Source: Gnetum montanum (taxonomy: Eukaryota > Plantae > Gnetophyta). From it: DNA of 64,000 nt. Position 1 is the stretch's first letter; each line of letters begins with the position of its first letter. Shown in pieces: positions 24,806 through 37,337 of this stretch. Below the pieces are notes generated by a model. It was given only the letters and a program-made list of their open reading frames with translations. It searched no databases and had not been told where the DNA came from. Position numbers and translations under genes: made by a program. The stretch covers positions 1,081,570 through 1,145,569 of the forward strand of contig MNCI01003186.1 in NCBI GenBank assembly GCA_015680685.1, in the 5' to 3' direction.

Positions 24806-27800
24806 TCAACCGCTGATTCGCAATTGTTTCTTAATGGCCTTTACGTTCAATGTTGCGTAAGGACGGAGGGGTTTACAGTCTAACTCCTCCACGTCGTCAT
24901 CCTGAAATGGCAGGTTGGCCCAGGCTAAACTATCATCATTGGTTCTAGTTTTTAGAGGGATTTGGAGATTGGTCTGATCATCCGAGGCTTCTATCTCCGA
25001 ACCCCATTCTTTCTCAATGTTGTTGAAAGTTCTGGGGGTGGTTTCATCGCTGCGTATCACGACCTCCCCTCCTACGTAAGGTAGGTGTATTTCTTGATGT
25101 ATCGGTGATGAAACCACCCTCTGCTGGGCTAACCAGGACCTCCCTAGGATCAAGTTGAAGCCAGGCATCTCCTCGACGACTAAGAATGTGGCATCTGTTG
25201 GGAATTGCTTCCCTGCCACAAACTCGATACGCACCGTCCCCTTGACTTGAACCCTTGCTCCATTGAACGACTTTACGCATGTTGTCATCGTGGGAATGAT
25301 CTGGTTGACTAGACCCAACCTATCCACGATAGAATAAGAAATGACATTTGCAGCAGCATTGTCGTCCACATGTACTCTCCGGATCAGGTACTGACTGACC
25401 CGAATTGTGATGAACATGGGTTCAGTGGTCACCCGACCTTTCTCAAGATTATCTTTGATGGACTCATCATGGAAGGTCAGTGAGGTAAGCTTAGGTTGCT
25501 CAGCTTTAGAAGGAAACATGACCGCGTGGATCGCTTTCTCCTCCGCTGGTAAGCTTTCATCCACAGGTATGGATGTTAGCATATGGACCATAGCCTCACG
25601 GTATTTTTGGGATGTCATAAGCAGGTCATAGAGGCTCAGCGTTGTATTTTTTTGTTTTAAAGCCTGTTTAACCTACGTAAACACGTCGAGGAGGTCCCTC
25701 TCTCAGCTAGGTTGTTTGTTCCCCTTGTCTTCTTCCATTCTTCCCAAGAGACAAATCTCCTGAGGTGGAATGGTGTCCATCAAGGGGTTGTTCTTTTTCT
25801 CGCCAAGAGGGGGTGACTACGTTTCTACACCTTTATCCTATCTCTGAGGTACAGATGAAGGTACAGAGTCCAGGGGCCTGGGCTTAGGGAAGCCGAGCGT
25901 AGATTTTTCCTTTGTAGCATTGATAGATGTATCCTCTCACTTTTTTTTGTCGGGTGGTGGTTGGCGGTGCTGGTTAGAGGTCTACCCCTGCGTGAGAGGA
26001 GTAGCCGGTGGTTTTGGCACTCTGATGATGAAAGGTGGCCTATGCATGGGCGTGGACGAGGCCGTGGCTTGGCTACTACTACGTGGTTGAGTAGCATTCT
26101 GAGAAGGTGCACGAATGATAAAAGGCGGCCTTGAGATGCCACTGGCTATCGATGAAGGGCTTCCCCCCTGTTGTGAGTTGGTAGGCACCCGTAAAACAAA
26201 AGGTTGTCTGGGTGGTGCCTTCCTATCACTTTCCATACTCACCACACTGATTGTATAGGGTGTGTCGTTTATATTCAATGGATCTCTATACACATGCAAT
26301 GCTTGGTTTTCCGGACACACCGGACTACTGCCGTCTAGTTTTAGATGACCCTCGTCGATCATGCGTTGAATGTCGTCCTTCAACGCCCAGCAGTAATTTG
26401 TATCATGACCACACAACTGGTGGTAGTCACAGAAACGGTCCAGCCTGAAAGATTTCGGAACCGGTGGTTCATTAGGTAGGGCTAAAGAAGGATTTTTCAG
26501 CAGTTCACAATGACGTCTGTGACACATCAGAGCTTCTTTGGATACCCTCTTGGGTTGCATGTATCCTACCCCTAACAATTGTTTCAACAATTCTGAATGT
26601 TTTACAGGTAGGGCTGTATATTTTGAATGATCTTTACGCTCAATGTTTGGTTTTGGTTGGGGGGAACCTTTAGGGGCAGCCATGTCTTGGCTGGTGCCAC
26701 TTGCACTGGCCGTGGTCTCAGGAGGTGTGGTAGGTGCCTTCTTGTTCTTGTTCTTTAGGCCTTCAGCCAGCGCAACTACTGTCTTTGTTGCCGCTTTACC
26801 ATTTTCCTTGCTCTTGTTATGGGCGTTCTTGTAGGTGACATACGTCGGGTCTTTGCTGGCCTCCGCAGCATCTTGGATGCTTCTAATTTGAGCGAAGGCC
26901 TGATGTAAGGAGTTGGGGGAAAGATAATACAACTTTGACTTAATGAAGTCATTGACTGCTCCTTTGAAAATGGCCAGTAAATGTGAGTCCGCGATTGGCT
27001 CGCGGATTTTAGTCAAAGTATCATTCCAGCGCTGTATGAACTTCTGGACTGGTTCAAGAGGATCTTGTTTCACTCCCATAAGTTGATCTAACGTGACTTC
27101 CTACTTTAAGTTGTATTTAAAGCGAGTCACGAATTGTGTCAGAAAATCTTCCAAAGTTGAAATGGAGGAGCGTGGGAGGACCCGATACCAGTCTAGAGCT
27201 TTCCCTGTCAAGGACATAGCAAAGACGTGGATAATCATATGAGGCCACTATTGCAGCAACAAGGATTCAGATCTAAACGTGACCAAGTGAGCGTTAGGAT
27301 TCCCCTCCCCATTATACTTGGTAAAATGAGGCAAGGACATCCCTGTTGGCAATGACAACATAGGGACCGCTGAGCTAATAGGATCATCCTGGTAAAAGTC
27401 CATGATCTATACAGTGTCTAAGCTAACGGCCTTAAGACGCCTAACCTCCTCGGTGAGGGTTTGAATCAATAGAAAGGCTTGATCCAGACCTGTAGCTGGA
27501 GGTGCCTGTGCAGGAGGAGCAGGGGGCTAACCTGGGAAAGCTATACCAGGCAGTGGAAATGGTGGCATGGTTTGGCCGATAGATGGTGGGGTGGGGATCC
27601 CTGTAGGCAGGGGTGCCTGTGAAGACCACCATCCACTGGTTTGGAAAGAGAGATTAACTACCATCAGCTGCGTGGGATAGGGATAGGGATATTGTGAGAT
27701 CGCCTATGGAATTTGCATCGTGGGTGGCATCAAGGGTTGCACATCGTACATCGCAGACTGGTTGTGATGTGCCACAGGATAGGTCCACTGACTTGCGGTA

Positions 27801-28597
27801 GGCTGTTGAATAGGTATCTGTGGCCAAATGACGACAGTGATTTGTTGGGTTGGAGGGGGCGGCAGCGATAAGGTCTGCATCGAACGAGTTGTGGATATGG
27901 TTTGCTGTGGGATCTGCGGGATGAAATGGGGTGCGGTGGTCACTGGAACCACCGCTGGAATGCTGAGTACACGTGGCGATGAACCCGCCCCCATGTTGTT
28001 GTGAGGTATTTGCATTTGCAGCCTAGATGGCTGCGCCGTGGCTTGTGGAATGATAAGGAAATGCATCTGCGTGGTCATGGCGGGGTCAAGAGGAGCGGCC
28101 TCTCTGTTGAAAGGAAACAGGGGATTTATGTACGTGTGGGGGCTCAGAGTATGGAATGAATGTTCAGACTGGGCTGCAAATTCATCCTCTTCCTCCTCCC
28201 CATTCTGGGGCCCCAGCGTAGCCCGTGAAGCCTGGCCCTTGGCCATGACCAACTGTGTGATAATTTCGTGTTGATGTTCAGTCAAAGGGATAATGTCATA
28301 GGCTGTTGGAGTGAAATCGTGACCTCCTCGATGGATCATCTCAAAGTTTCTTTTTGCTTCGATCTCAGCTCGGCTAAGGACAAGCTTTGCCTAGATCTTA
28401 ACGCAGATGAAATTGTATTCTTCAGGGGTCACGACCGTGAAAATAGGGTCTTTGCCCTACAGTCTCAATGACCTACGCGATGGTCCCTGCGGTCTTGCTG
28501 CACCAAGAGCTGGTCTGGTGACAACGATAGGGTGCACAAATGCGGTACCCACATCAGCGGCGACCATGGCAGTTGTGGTTGTGTATACGGAATTCAT
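24806..28597 (-). pseudogene. gag: gag-protease of the Tat/Ogre-like element (single frame with stops)
   Basis: ATG 28597; RRSLRL*GKDP; ORFs 27704-28339, 25982-27079 and 24806-25618 share one frame; knuckle FCDYHQLCGHDTNYC; Ogre-type SLYDLLMTSQKYREAM; protease RVHVDDNAAANVI...LILGRSWL. Confidence 0.9.
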
Positions 28598-28816
28598 TGA
28601 TCGAGTGGATTAGTTGTGACAAATGACTGGATCTAATAAGCGGCTGACAAAAAGATCGCAAATAGGCTTTCTACCTTGTAGGATTCCAGAGGAATCGTTC
28701 CTGTGATCGATCTACACCACACGATTTGTCGTAAACTTCCCTAGAGGTATTACGTTTACAGTTTTGGGTATAAATCGCTAACAGGGCTACCCAAAAAATA
28801 TGGATCGGAGCCTATG

Positions 28817-28833
28817 CCCTCCTTCTAGCGCTA
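28817..28833 (-). other. Primer binding site, complementary to the 3' end of plant tRNA-Asn
   Basis: Minus strand TAGCGCTAGAAGGAGGG (TGG mutated to TAG) just inside the 5' LTR. tRNA assignment is from memory of the plant tRNA-Asn end CCCTCCTTCTAGCGCCA. Confidence 0.7.
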
Positions 28834-28839
28834 GAAAAA

Positions 28840-30415
28840 TGTAACGATGGAAAATGTTGGCAACTCAAAAATACCAAAAAAAATCCTATGTACACAGTTT
28901 TAACCACGGATCCGCGCGAGGGCTATGTTGGAAAAAAGAATCCACGGTGCCCTGAACGGTCTTGTCGATCAGACAGGGACTTACTAATCAGTAAACCGAT
29001 GAAGATTACAAATGTTTCGTGGAAGGATCTGATTCGGCGAGTCACGAAATGAGAGAAAAGTGATGAAGACGAATGGTAACGATGATGATAGCGTTAACTC
29101 GACAACAGGAGTCAGACACGAGAGAAATGCGTGATTACAAGATCTATAGTTTGACCCGGGAAAATAAGTATTTTGTATATTCAAGTTACACTGGGGAGAC
29201 CCCGATTGTTTTGTATGAAGCAAACACAAAGCAACAAGAAACAAGTAAACTGTCTGAGCAGAAGTACAGAATAGAATCCGATCTACCTTGTAGGCCGGAG
29301 AAGGGATGCAAGGAAGGTCAAGTTCTGACGTCTATTGATCAACTGCTTCTGATCAATAGAAACTCACAAACCATACTAGATGATCTCTGGATCTCTGATC
29401 TGCTCCTTTTGCCTTAGTTAGTCTTTGCTCAGAACTATCGATGATCACCAATGGAGAAAGTTGTGTCTTCGCCAAAGGGGTAATCGCTCTTACTGCCAAT
29501 GCTCAAACCAAATGTCTCCTGTCTCTGTTAGAAGGTGATGTTGCCAAAAATTGCCAAGATGTTGTTCTCTCTGTTTTTGCCTTCTCTCTATCTGTCCTCT
29601 TATTTTTTTCTTCGCCAACTGGGATATTTATAGGTTTGACGATATGTGGAAAAGGCACAGCTGTGATGACACGTGTTTCGAACTTTTCAGAAGATTGTTG
29701 ACTTGACCATCCTTGTGTTGAAATTCATGACTACGCACAATACGCGCATCTGTGTATTGTGCGTATGAGTGACAAATGTGGGTCGAGCATGTCTCAGTTG
29801 ATTTTGGGCTACATTACGCTTGTACGCATTGCGTCGCATACAAGAGCGTAATAAAGCATGAAGACAATAGATTCAAACTGCTTTACGCTCGTTTGCGCCG
29901 CCGTGCATAGTGAAGCGTAAGCAATGATTATTTTGACGATGACTTACGCTGACAGACGCTGCGTTGCGTAATGGGCGTAAGGCGACCAATATGTAAAAAA
30001 GAAAGGCGCTGATCTACTGTGTGTCTGTGGTCTCTCTTTAACCTTTTCAATGCTTATTACGCTGCCATGCATAATAGAGTGTAAACTCGGCCTTGGACAA
30101 AAGACTTAGGCAAAATACATGAGAAGTCGCATATTACGCTGCTTAGGCCTTAGGCTTTGCCGAATCTGTTAAAGTAAACTGCCTTCTAATGTCAAACTAC
30201 ATTACGCTGAGCGTCATTGCGCTACATTGCATGCTATAGCGTAAATATGGAAAACATAGTGAGATAAGAAATCTGTGAAGGGAAACCAAAGTCTTGATGC
30301 CACGCACCTCCTACCCTTGCCCTGTTTTGTTCTTCTTTCTGGCATTCTGTCATGTACTCTTGCCCAAATCACGAATCTTTGCCTGAGGCCGACTCGCAAT
30401 TTTCACGGTGTTTCA
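28840..30415 (-). repeat. 5' LTR of the Tat/Ogre-like element (1576 bp)
   Basis: Direct repeat of 12867-14443, differing mostly by C/T and G/A transitions; minus-strand TATAAATA at 29625-29632. Confidence 0.95.
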
Positions 30416-30420
30416 ACAAT

Positions 30421-32615
30421 CTAATTTAGTATAGTGTACAAAAAGATTATTGTTATTTTAATATCAAGTAGCTAGTACAAACTCTAGTTTAAAGAAAATT
30501 CCTACGTTTTAATAAATGCCAATTTTCTTCTCAACAAATAAATAATAAGTATTATAGCAATCCATACAATGTTACTGTATCCATGCTCCATAATGTCATA
30601 ATTTCCAAACCTTTGCACAAGTGTAGGATACTGGAAAGATAATGATTTAAACACCTGTTAAGCCCTAGTAATGATATTCCTCCTCATAAGCTTGTTATCT
30701 TGGGTGATATCCATGTGCTTAAATTCTTCTACATCATAGTTGCTTTTTAAGGATTCATTTTCTACACTTTCTTTAATGCCTCTATTTTTCTGAGAAGGGT
30801 AATTGATTTCCATTTTTCTGAATTTGCTAATGATGTTATCTTTGCTGCAATGTCTTGCAAGTTCAAAACCGTAAGTTATATATATATATATATAAACGAA
30901 ACAATGTGAAAATATGAACTCTAATTAATGCTATCTCTTTTTATCTGTATAAACGCATCATGGTATTAATAAAAGTGCAATAACTATTTTTCTCAAGCAT
31001 CTTTGTTTCTATTATTAATCTAATTAAACATTTCTCATAATTACCTATGCAAAAAGAAGTTTTCAAGTTCCTATTTTTCAACTTGAAAAGTTGAGTCTTT
31101 CAAAATTTTGAAAACGGAATAAATTTAGCCCAAAAACCAATATGAATGTTGAATTGAGTCAACCAAAGGGTAGATCTAGATATATTTTGTTCTTCACTAA
31201 ATAAACTTATAGTCCAGTTAACGCTATGCATTTTATTCAAAATAGTATTCATAGCCATCACTAATGTTTCAACCATATGGATCAATCATGGTCAACTTGA
31301 TATTGATGGTTAAGTAGTGCCATTTTCATAACAACAAAACATGGTTAATCATAAAATCTATTTCTTGAATTGGAAAAAGCATTTTAAACATGTTCCAATT
31401 ATTGAAGTGATGAGTGATAAATAAATTATGTCACAGTAGGATTTGGTGGTTAGACACAGATGGACAAATGGTTGGGCAATGGAAAGTACTACAGAATTTT
31501 ATGCATTTCAAAGCAAAATATTGGGCATACTAGTTACATTTTTCACAAAGTGTACAAACTGTAAATATTGGTTTCTAACATGGTAAACTGTAATCCTATG
31601 ATGCTGTTAAGAACAACAAGGGAAAAAAAAAGCTTTGCTTACTTTTAATCAATATGACTTTGCGGCAGGTAATAATAGAAAAGAAAATAGTAGCATGAGT
31701 AATGTGGCAGATTCATTAGGAAGATAGAGAAAATACACCAAGGTACAAGATAAATCAACATCAATGTTTCCAATAAACGTTATTCGTGTCTATTCAACTA
31801 ACAAGTATTTCTACATTAGCATATAAATTAATGTATTAAAAGTTGTATCAATACTCGGAACACTACTACATATGAATGATGAGCGATATCTCATTACATA
31901 ACGTGATCACATGGTGCAGACAACCAATTATCACTCGCCATATCTATGTTTCAATAACTGTGTTTTATTTCTTTAAGCCCTAAATGTAAATTGTGATAAC
32001 AAACTGAAATATTTTCTTACAGCAAGAAACAAAATCAAATACTGGAAAAATAAAAACTATTGAAATTAAAGAATTAAGAAAATGGAATGAAATATACCTG
32101 TCCACAATCTGCTAGTATATTTGAGTTCTTTAGCCATATCATAACACCATCGTTATTTTTCAGACGTTTAGCCAGAACATTAAAAGCATAAAGTTCTACA
32201 AGTTGCATATAATCTTGTTTTGATGTTTGAAAATTGTGAGGGTCTTCGTACCAAAAAGCCTTTGTTGCTTCACTCATGAACAAAATGTAACATGCATTAT
32301 CTTTGGAAAATGTCCATTTTTGCAAGAACTCCTCAAGGGCCCTTTTAGCCATATGATATTCTTCTTCAGAAATTTGCAGGCACACTTTGCAGGAAAGGAG
32401 AATCAGCAAATAGGTAATAAATGCCATTTTCTAATGTGTGTGTATATAATACACCAGATAAATAAATTTGTTAGAAAATGCATCAAAAAATAGCATACCC
32501 AGCCATAAAAACAGAATATGGGATAAGAGTAAAGCCAAATAATTCCTTCAGGTCCGTGAAAATATCTGATGTCCGCAAAGTAAGCAAAAAATACCAAGTA
32601 ACAACTGCACAGAAT
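30421..32615 (+). repeat. Continuation of the direct duplicate (paralog 60170-62375), APEM9 exons 3-5
   Basis: CTAATTTAGTATAGTGTACAAAA resumes in both copies; paralogous ORFs 31100-31285/60850-61035 and 32074-32427/61898-62185. Confidence 0.95.
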
Positions 32616-33869
32616 GTGAACATGCCAACAGCATTTAAAGACATCAAAACCATGCTATTTGATATCAACATTAACCAAAAATATGAGTTAACTTCCATCC
32701 ATTTGTGCATGATACTCATAAGCTTATCACAATGTTATTTTTATAATTCACCATAGCTTCTTTCTATAAGAATATAACTTTATTTTACCTGTAGCTTAGA
32801 TGATGATACGGTGCACAATGACCTAACTAAGACCTAGGCATGATGCATGCATAGTTGCATAAAGCTTACCATAATTCTTATGGTGTGATTAATGACAAAT
32901 GATTTTAATTTTGAAATAGAAGAGATTATGTGGTACCTATGTTTGGTTATTGTTTTGCTCATTTCAAGGGTTCTACGTGCAACTGCAAGTGGACCTTCTC
33001 TTGCTCTTCTCATTCTCATCCTAAATTGCATTCAATTAATCTCTTATGCTACATTGGGCAATCTTATTAGAAGAATGAATTTCTATATGCCTATCTTCTT
33101 GAGAAACAAACTTGAAACTGTTCCTACTTTCTTTGGTGTATCATACAAGGGAATTTCCAAAATTTGCATAAAAGTAGATGATCACAAACACAAGACAAAA
33201 TTTCAAATGCACTATTCAATGGTATAGGAAATTGGCAGTAGAATATATCATTGAGCAGATAAATAATCTTTTATGAAAACCTGCCAGTAGGTTTGTTTTA
33301 CGGACTCTACAATTTAAGCCAAGGTTTCATTGTCTTCAGAATTGAGTTCTTCTTTTACTGCGGAGTCCTCTAACAGTTTAAGAATAGATAGAGCCGAAGA
33401 TGCTGCAGCTTTGTAATTAGAGGTCGCTAGGTATCTGATGAAATGGAGTTTTAGCGATATATAATTAAAAATTTTTAGGTTTTGTAAACGAAATCTTGCT
33501 GGAAAAAAAAACAATAGTTGAACACATTCACGTCTAAGAATTTTACATCAGTGATATAAGTACCATTCGACGATTTCAATTTCGCTCTAGATGTTAAACT
33601 CCTCCATGGTAATACCCAAATTTTTCCAGCATGAAACTATGAAAGAATCCTGAAAGGGATGCCCAGCTATATATTTTATGTAAACTTTAAAAATCTATTG
33701 AGCTAAATTTGATTTTCCCCAATATCGTGGCAATTTCGGCCAAGTTCAAAAATGCACAATTTTCTAACGATATGGTGTGATAAATGTCAGAGATGTGAAA
33801 ACAAAGTCTGTAGTAATTAACTAGTGCTGAAATTCACTTTTATCCATTTTAGACTTTTTTAAAATATGA

Positions 33870-34710
33870 AAACAAGAGTTAAAAGATATCTTAAAAAGTG
33901 AAGACATATATTCTTGATTGTTTTCATTATTTTAACCTTGGATGTGCCTATTTAAATCTGTCACTTGTGTGGGAAAAATTACTTTCCTATTTATCTCCCC
34001 TATTTCTCTCACTCCATTTTGCCAATTTTATTTTCCTCTTGTTATGTTATTATTATGTTGATAATATTTTGAATAATGATTTTTGCACAACATGTAACTA
34101 GTAACAAGTGGTATGAGAGCAAGGTTGAGCAAGGTTAAGTTATGCAATGTTTGTTATTGGTGGAACAAAAAAGGTATTATAGGTTGGATTATTTGTATAT
34201 TTTTTTCTTTTGTTTCTATGCAAATTATTTTAGTGGGAGCTGTGTTTACAAGATGATAAAAATGTCTTGTTTCTGTTCTCATTGATGGATGAAAAAAAAT
34301 GAAAAAGAAAAGAAACCAACATGCTACCACTATCATGAGATTGGACATCTAAAAAAGGATTGCTCTATTTTTGAGACATGATGATGTTGTTTCTTGGATT
34401 TGTTGCTATTGAAGAGGCATCTTATTATTATGTCAGATTTTGAGTTGCACGTTTCTTTTGTTTTGTTTAAATTTTATGTTAGCATGGGTTATGGTTTTTT
34501 TGGATGGTATTTGGTAATGCTTGTGTAATGCTATCTCATGTTGTTTTGACTTGAGGAGACCTAGCTTGTTAGGATGTTTCATGTAAAGATGTTCCTCAAA
34601 TGGTTGTGCATACACTTGTGATTTTTCTGCATATCGTAGAAGGCATGGCATATTAGTTGATGAAGTTGTTCTAGCTTGTTTTTTGTTAGTCTCAATAATT
34701 TCTCTTCAAG
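33870..34710 (+). mobile_element. Highly decayed Ty1/copia 5' end (LTR remnant, Met PBS, gag knuckle)
   Basis: ...TAACA followed by AGTGGTATGAGAGC at ~34106-34120 (tRNA-Met PBS TGGTATCAGAGC with one mismatch); CYHYHEIGHLKKDC knuckle at ~34322-34363. Boundaries approximate. Confidence 0.6.
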
Positions 34711-34808
34711 TATGATGAGCGGAAAATAGTCCTTATGCCTAACCATACAAATCACAAGCATTCACTACCAATCTAGTTAAGTTCCATGGACTTTAGTTTC
34801 CCAAATGC

Positions 34809-35390
34809 TGATAGCAAAGATAGTGATCCACAAACGTGATCATTGTTTTCTTGGCTACACTTGTGTAAGTGCAAACGTATGGTTAAGTGGAGCCAAGACA
34901 CGTGATTTGGATTAGGTATATATTTTTTAGCTAATTATCCTAAACATGAAAGAAGGTAATCAATTGGAAACTAATCTAAGTAACTATCTAGTGCCTTGGT
35001 CTATTTCCTAACATAAGAATTTGATCGCACCTTCCATACACTTCTTGAACTCATTATAATGCTACTAGGTTACCAAGTGATAGCATTGCTAGGATTACCA
35101 AGCATTAAAATTATGCTCACGATATTTGTACTTACATGTATTGATTAAGCCCATTAATTAATTATTTAACTAAGAACATGAAGTAAAAGTGCATAAACAG
35201 TAAAGTGCATAAAATCAAACATTAAGCTATTTCCAAGTGTTGCAAGGTATTTCAAGAATCTTGTCTTTATTGTTATCACATCAATGTGTCCAGGTATATT
35301 GGTGCTTGAATAAGGATCCGTACAATCCTTGACTCCTACTACAGGAACTTAAAAAATATTCTAATTTAAACACCACAAAATTTGGGTGAT
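34809..35390 (-). mobile_element. Old LTR remnant related to the Athila-like LTR family
   Basis: Degenerate versions of GGTTACCAAG, TGCAAGGT...GTCTTTATT and ACTCCTACT in the same order as in 1-501 and 45274-46344. Confidence 0.55.
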
Positions 35391-35399
35391 AACACTTCA

Positions 35400-36690
35400 A
35401 TGTCAAATTTGTCTAAGTATCAACAAGAGGAAAATTTTCTAAGTGTTTGGCCCATGCTTCCACTATTGGGACTATGCTCCAGAGTGTAGTCAGTGTAACA
35501 TGTAGCAAAGAACGAGAATTGCAAGATTTTCTAGGTGTCAACAATAGTTGTAAAGTTTTTCTAAGTGTTGTGCTATGCTCTCATTCTCCTTGCTACATTC
35601 TAGAGTGTAGTTAGCATAGCATGCACTTCAATGGCCAGTTTTGCCTAAGTGTCAAGCCAAAAGCTATCAAGCTAGCCTAGCATGGAGGAAGCATTTTGCA
35701 AAATTTTCTAACTTCTAAGGCTACCCCTCCTACTACTCTCTAGAGTGTAGCTAGGGTAGTTAGCATTGGACTTTAATTTTTGCAAAAGTTTCCTAACTAT
35801 TGGATTATGCTCTAGAGTGTAGCTAGAACTACAACGAAAAATAGCCTCCAAAATTTTTTAGAGCTCTAGCACTCCTTCGGCAAGCAGGATTAATGACTTG
35901 CATTTCTTTTGCAATCACCTTTTGTGCTAAAATTGTACTTATGCTTAACTCCACTTGAGAGAGGAGAAACTGTAGTCTCAAAGCGTAGCCTCCAAATTGC
36001 ACTATTTGTAGGTACATCGCAGTCCTTTTGACTCTGGCATATGTAGTCTTGGAAGTGTACTCATATTCTGGTAGTCTTTTGTGATCCATTGGAGCACACT
36101 AGAGTGTAGCACTAGTTACTTGAATGGGAGCATAATTGAGGTCAACGTAGCCTTACCTACCACTTTTACCACATCATCCATGATCCACACTTTACATCAA
36201 TCCTAATCCTATAAATACCCCTACATTTTACATTTTGGGATTGGCATTTTGAAGCATTTTGGTTGGCATTTTCATTCAATAGTTGGCATCTTGGCATTGG
36301 TAGTCTTACACCTCAACATCCTTAGCATCCTTGCAAAATTTTGGGACATCTTTGCACACCTTTGCATACCATAGCCCTCATGAGCAACCATGGCAGCTAG
36401 CCTAGTAGGCACAGACCTCACGATGAACAACAATTTTCATAGCCTAGACAACCCAAAGACTATGACTACACTAGCTACTATGCTCATTTTTATGCCGCGT
36501 ACCTCCTCATCTCTCTTTTTCAATTACTACACTCCCCCCATTTGGGGTTGTTCCATTCTTCCTCTCTCAATCTCCTTTGCATTTTTAAGCATTTTCTTTG
36601 GCATTTAGCATTGCACTCGTATTTATTTTACCATTTTGCACGTATTTGTACATTTGCATTATCGGTTTTACACTAGGAAATCCTACTATG
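35400..36690 (+). mobile_element. Probable LTR/leader of a deleted Tat/Ogre-like derivative
   Basis: Repeated CTAGAGTGTAG and TTTTCTAAGTGT motifs; CCTATAAATACCCC at ~36208; ATCGGTTTTACAC at ~36661 resembles the LTR at ~63350; abuts a gag fragment. Confidence 0.45.
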
Positions 36691-36692
36691 CT

Positions 36693-37337
36693 TAGGCTTA
36701 GTCAGCCCATCATGGAAAACCACCTATTAACCATCTTCAAAGGTGTAGTAAATGGCTTCATCAAGTCAAATTTTTACTACCTTGCCCCGCACTCCCTAAG
36801 CCAAGTATTTTCTCGAACGAAGAGAATTTAGGATGCAGTAGAGGCCAGTAAAGACCTAGCCTATGTGATCTACAAAAATGCGCATCCAAAGAAGGATAAC
36901 GAAAAGGGTAAGGAAACCACAACTATTGCAACAGTGACCAATGAGGTCAAGCCAAACAATGCCAAACCAACAGCCAAGGCACCCAAGGCCCTAGCCAACA
37001 ACAAGCCATCTAGCTTTGGCATTGCAGCAACCAACCAGTCTACACCATCAATAGCCATGAAGCAACCTACCCCAAGGCCAAACTCTGAGGGCAAGAATAG
37101 CTTGAAGTATACATCTTTTCCCATCAAGCCATCAAAGCTCTTAGGTTAGCTACTTAATGCTAGGTGCATCTAGTATAAGCAAATGTTTGAAGATGCTTGC
37201 AAGCATCATGACCACTACTGTGAGCTTCTCAGAAACCCATTAGTAGCCATACCAAATGAGCCTCTAATCCCCAAACATTTCAAGTTTGATTGGTTCTACC
37301 ATTACCATCAACTTCCTAGCCATGACATAGACTTCTG
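36693..37337 (+). pseudogene. gag: gag fragment homologous to 25982-27079
   Basis: HLLTIFKGVVNGFIKSNFYYLAPHSL vs HLLAIFKGAVNDFIKSKLYYLSPNSL; ends at the knuckle FYHYHQLPSHDIDFC. Confidence 0.88.

Larger units (their letters stand above)
12867..30415 (-). mobile_element. Full-length Ty3/gypsy Tat-clade (Ogre-like) LTR retrotransposon, 17549 bp, decayed
   Basis: TGTAAC...TTTCA LTR pair; 5-bp TSD ACAAT (12862-12866 and 30416-30420) with a single ACAAT at the empty paralogous site 60165-60169; order gag-PR-[5.2 kb]-RT-RH-aRH-INT. Confidence 0.97.
12646..33607 (-). pseudogene. APEM9: APEM9 (DAYU; PEX15/PEX26-like peroxisomal membrane anchor) pseudogene, copy A, 6 exons, last intron interrupted by the 17.5-kb LTR element
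   Basis: Exon 1 from 33607 MEEFNI*SEIEIVE; exon 2 YLATSNYKAAASSALSILK; exon 3 RTSDIFTDLKELFG..IPYSVFMAG; exon 4 VCLQISEEEY...LEEFLQKW...YMQLVELYAFNVLAK; exon 5 ends in a TM segment IVWIAIILIIYLLRRK (donor 30505); exon 6 12775-12646 ILRDFWNLEFNV*LNSLAAVQ. These match remembered APEM9 motifs (VCLQIS, VELYTFGVLAK, DFWKLAFSYQVNPLAAIQ). Several stops and mutated acceptors. Confidence 0.85.
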
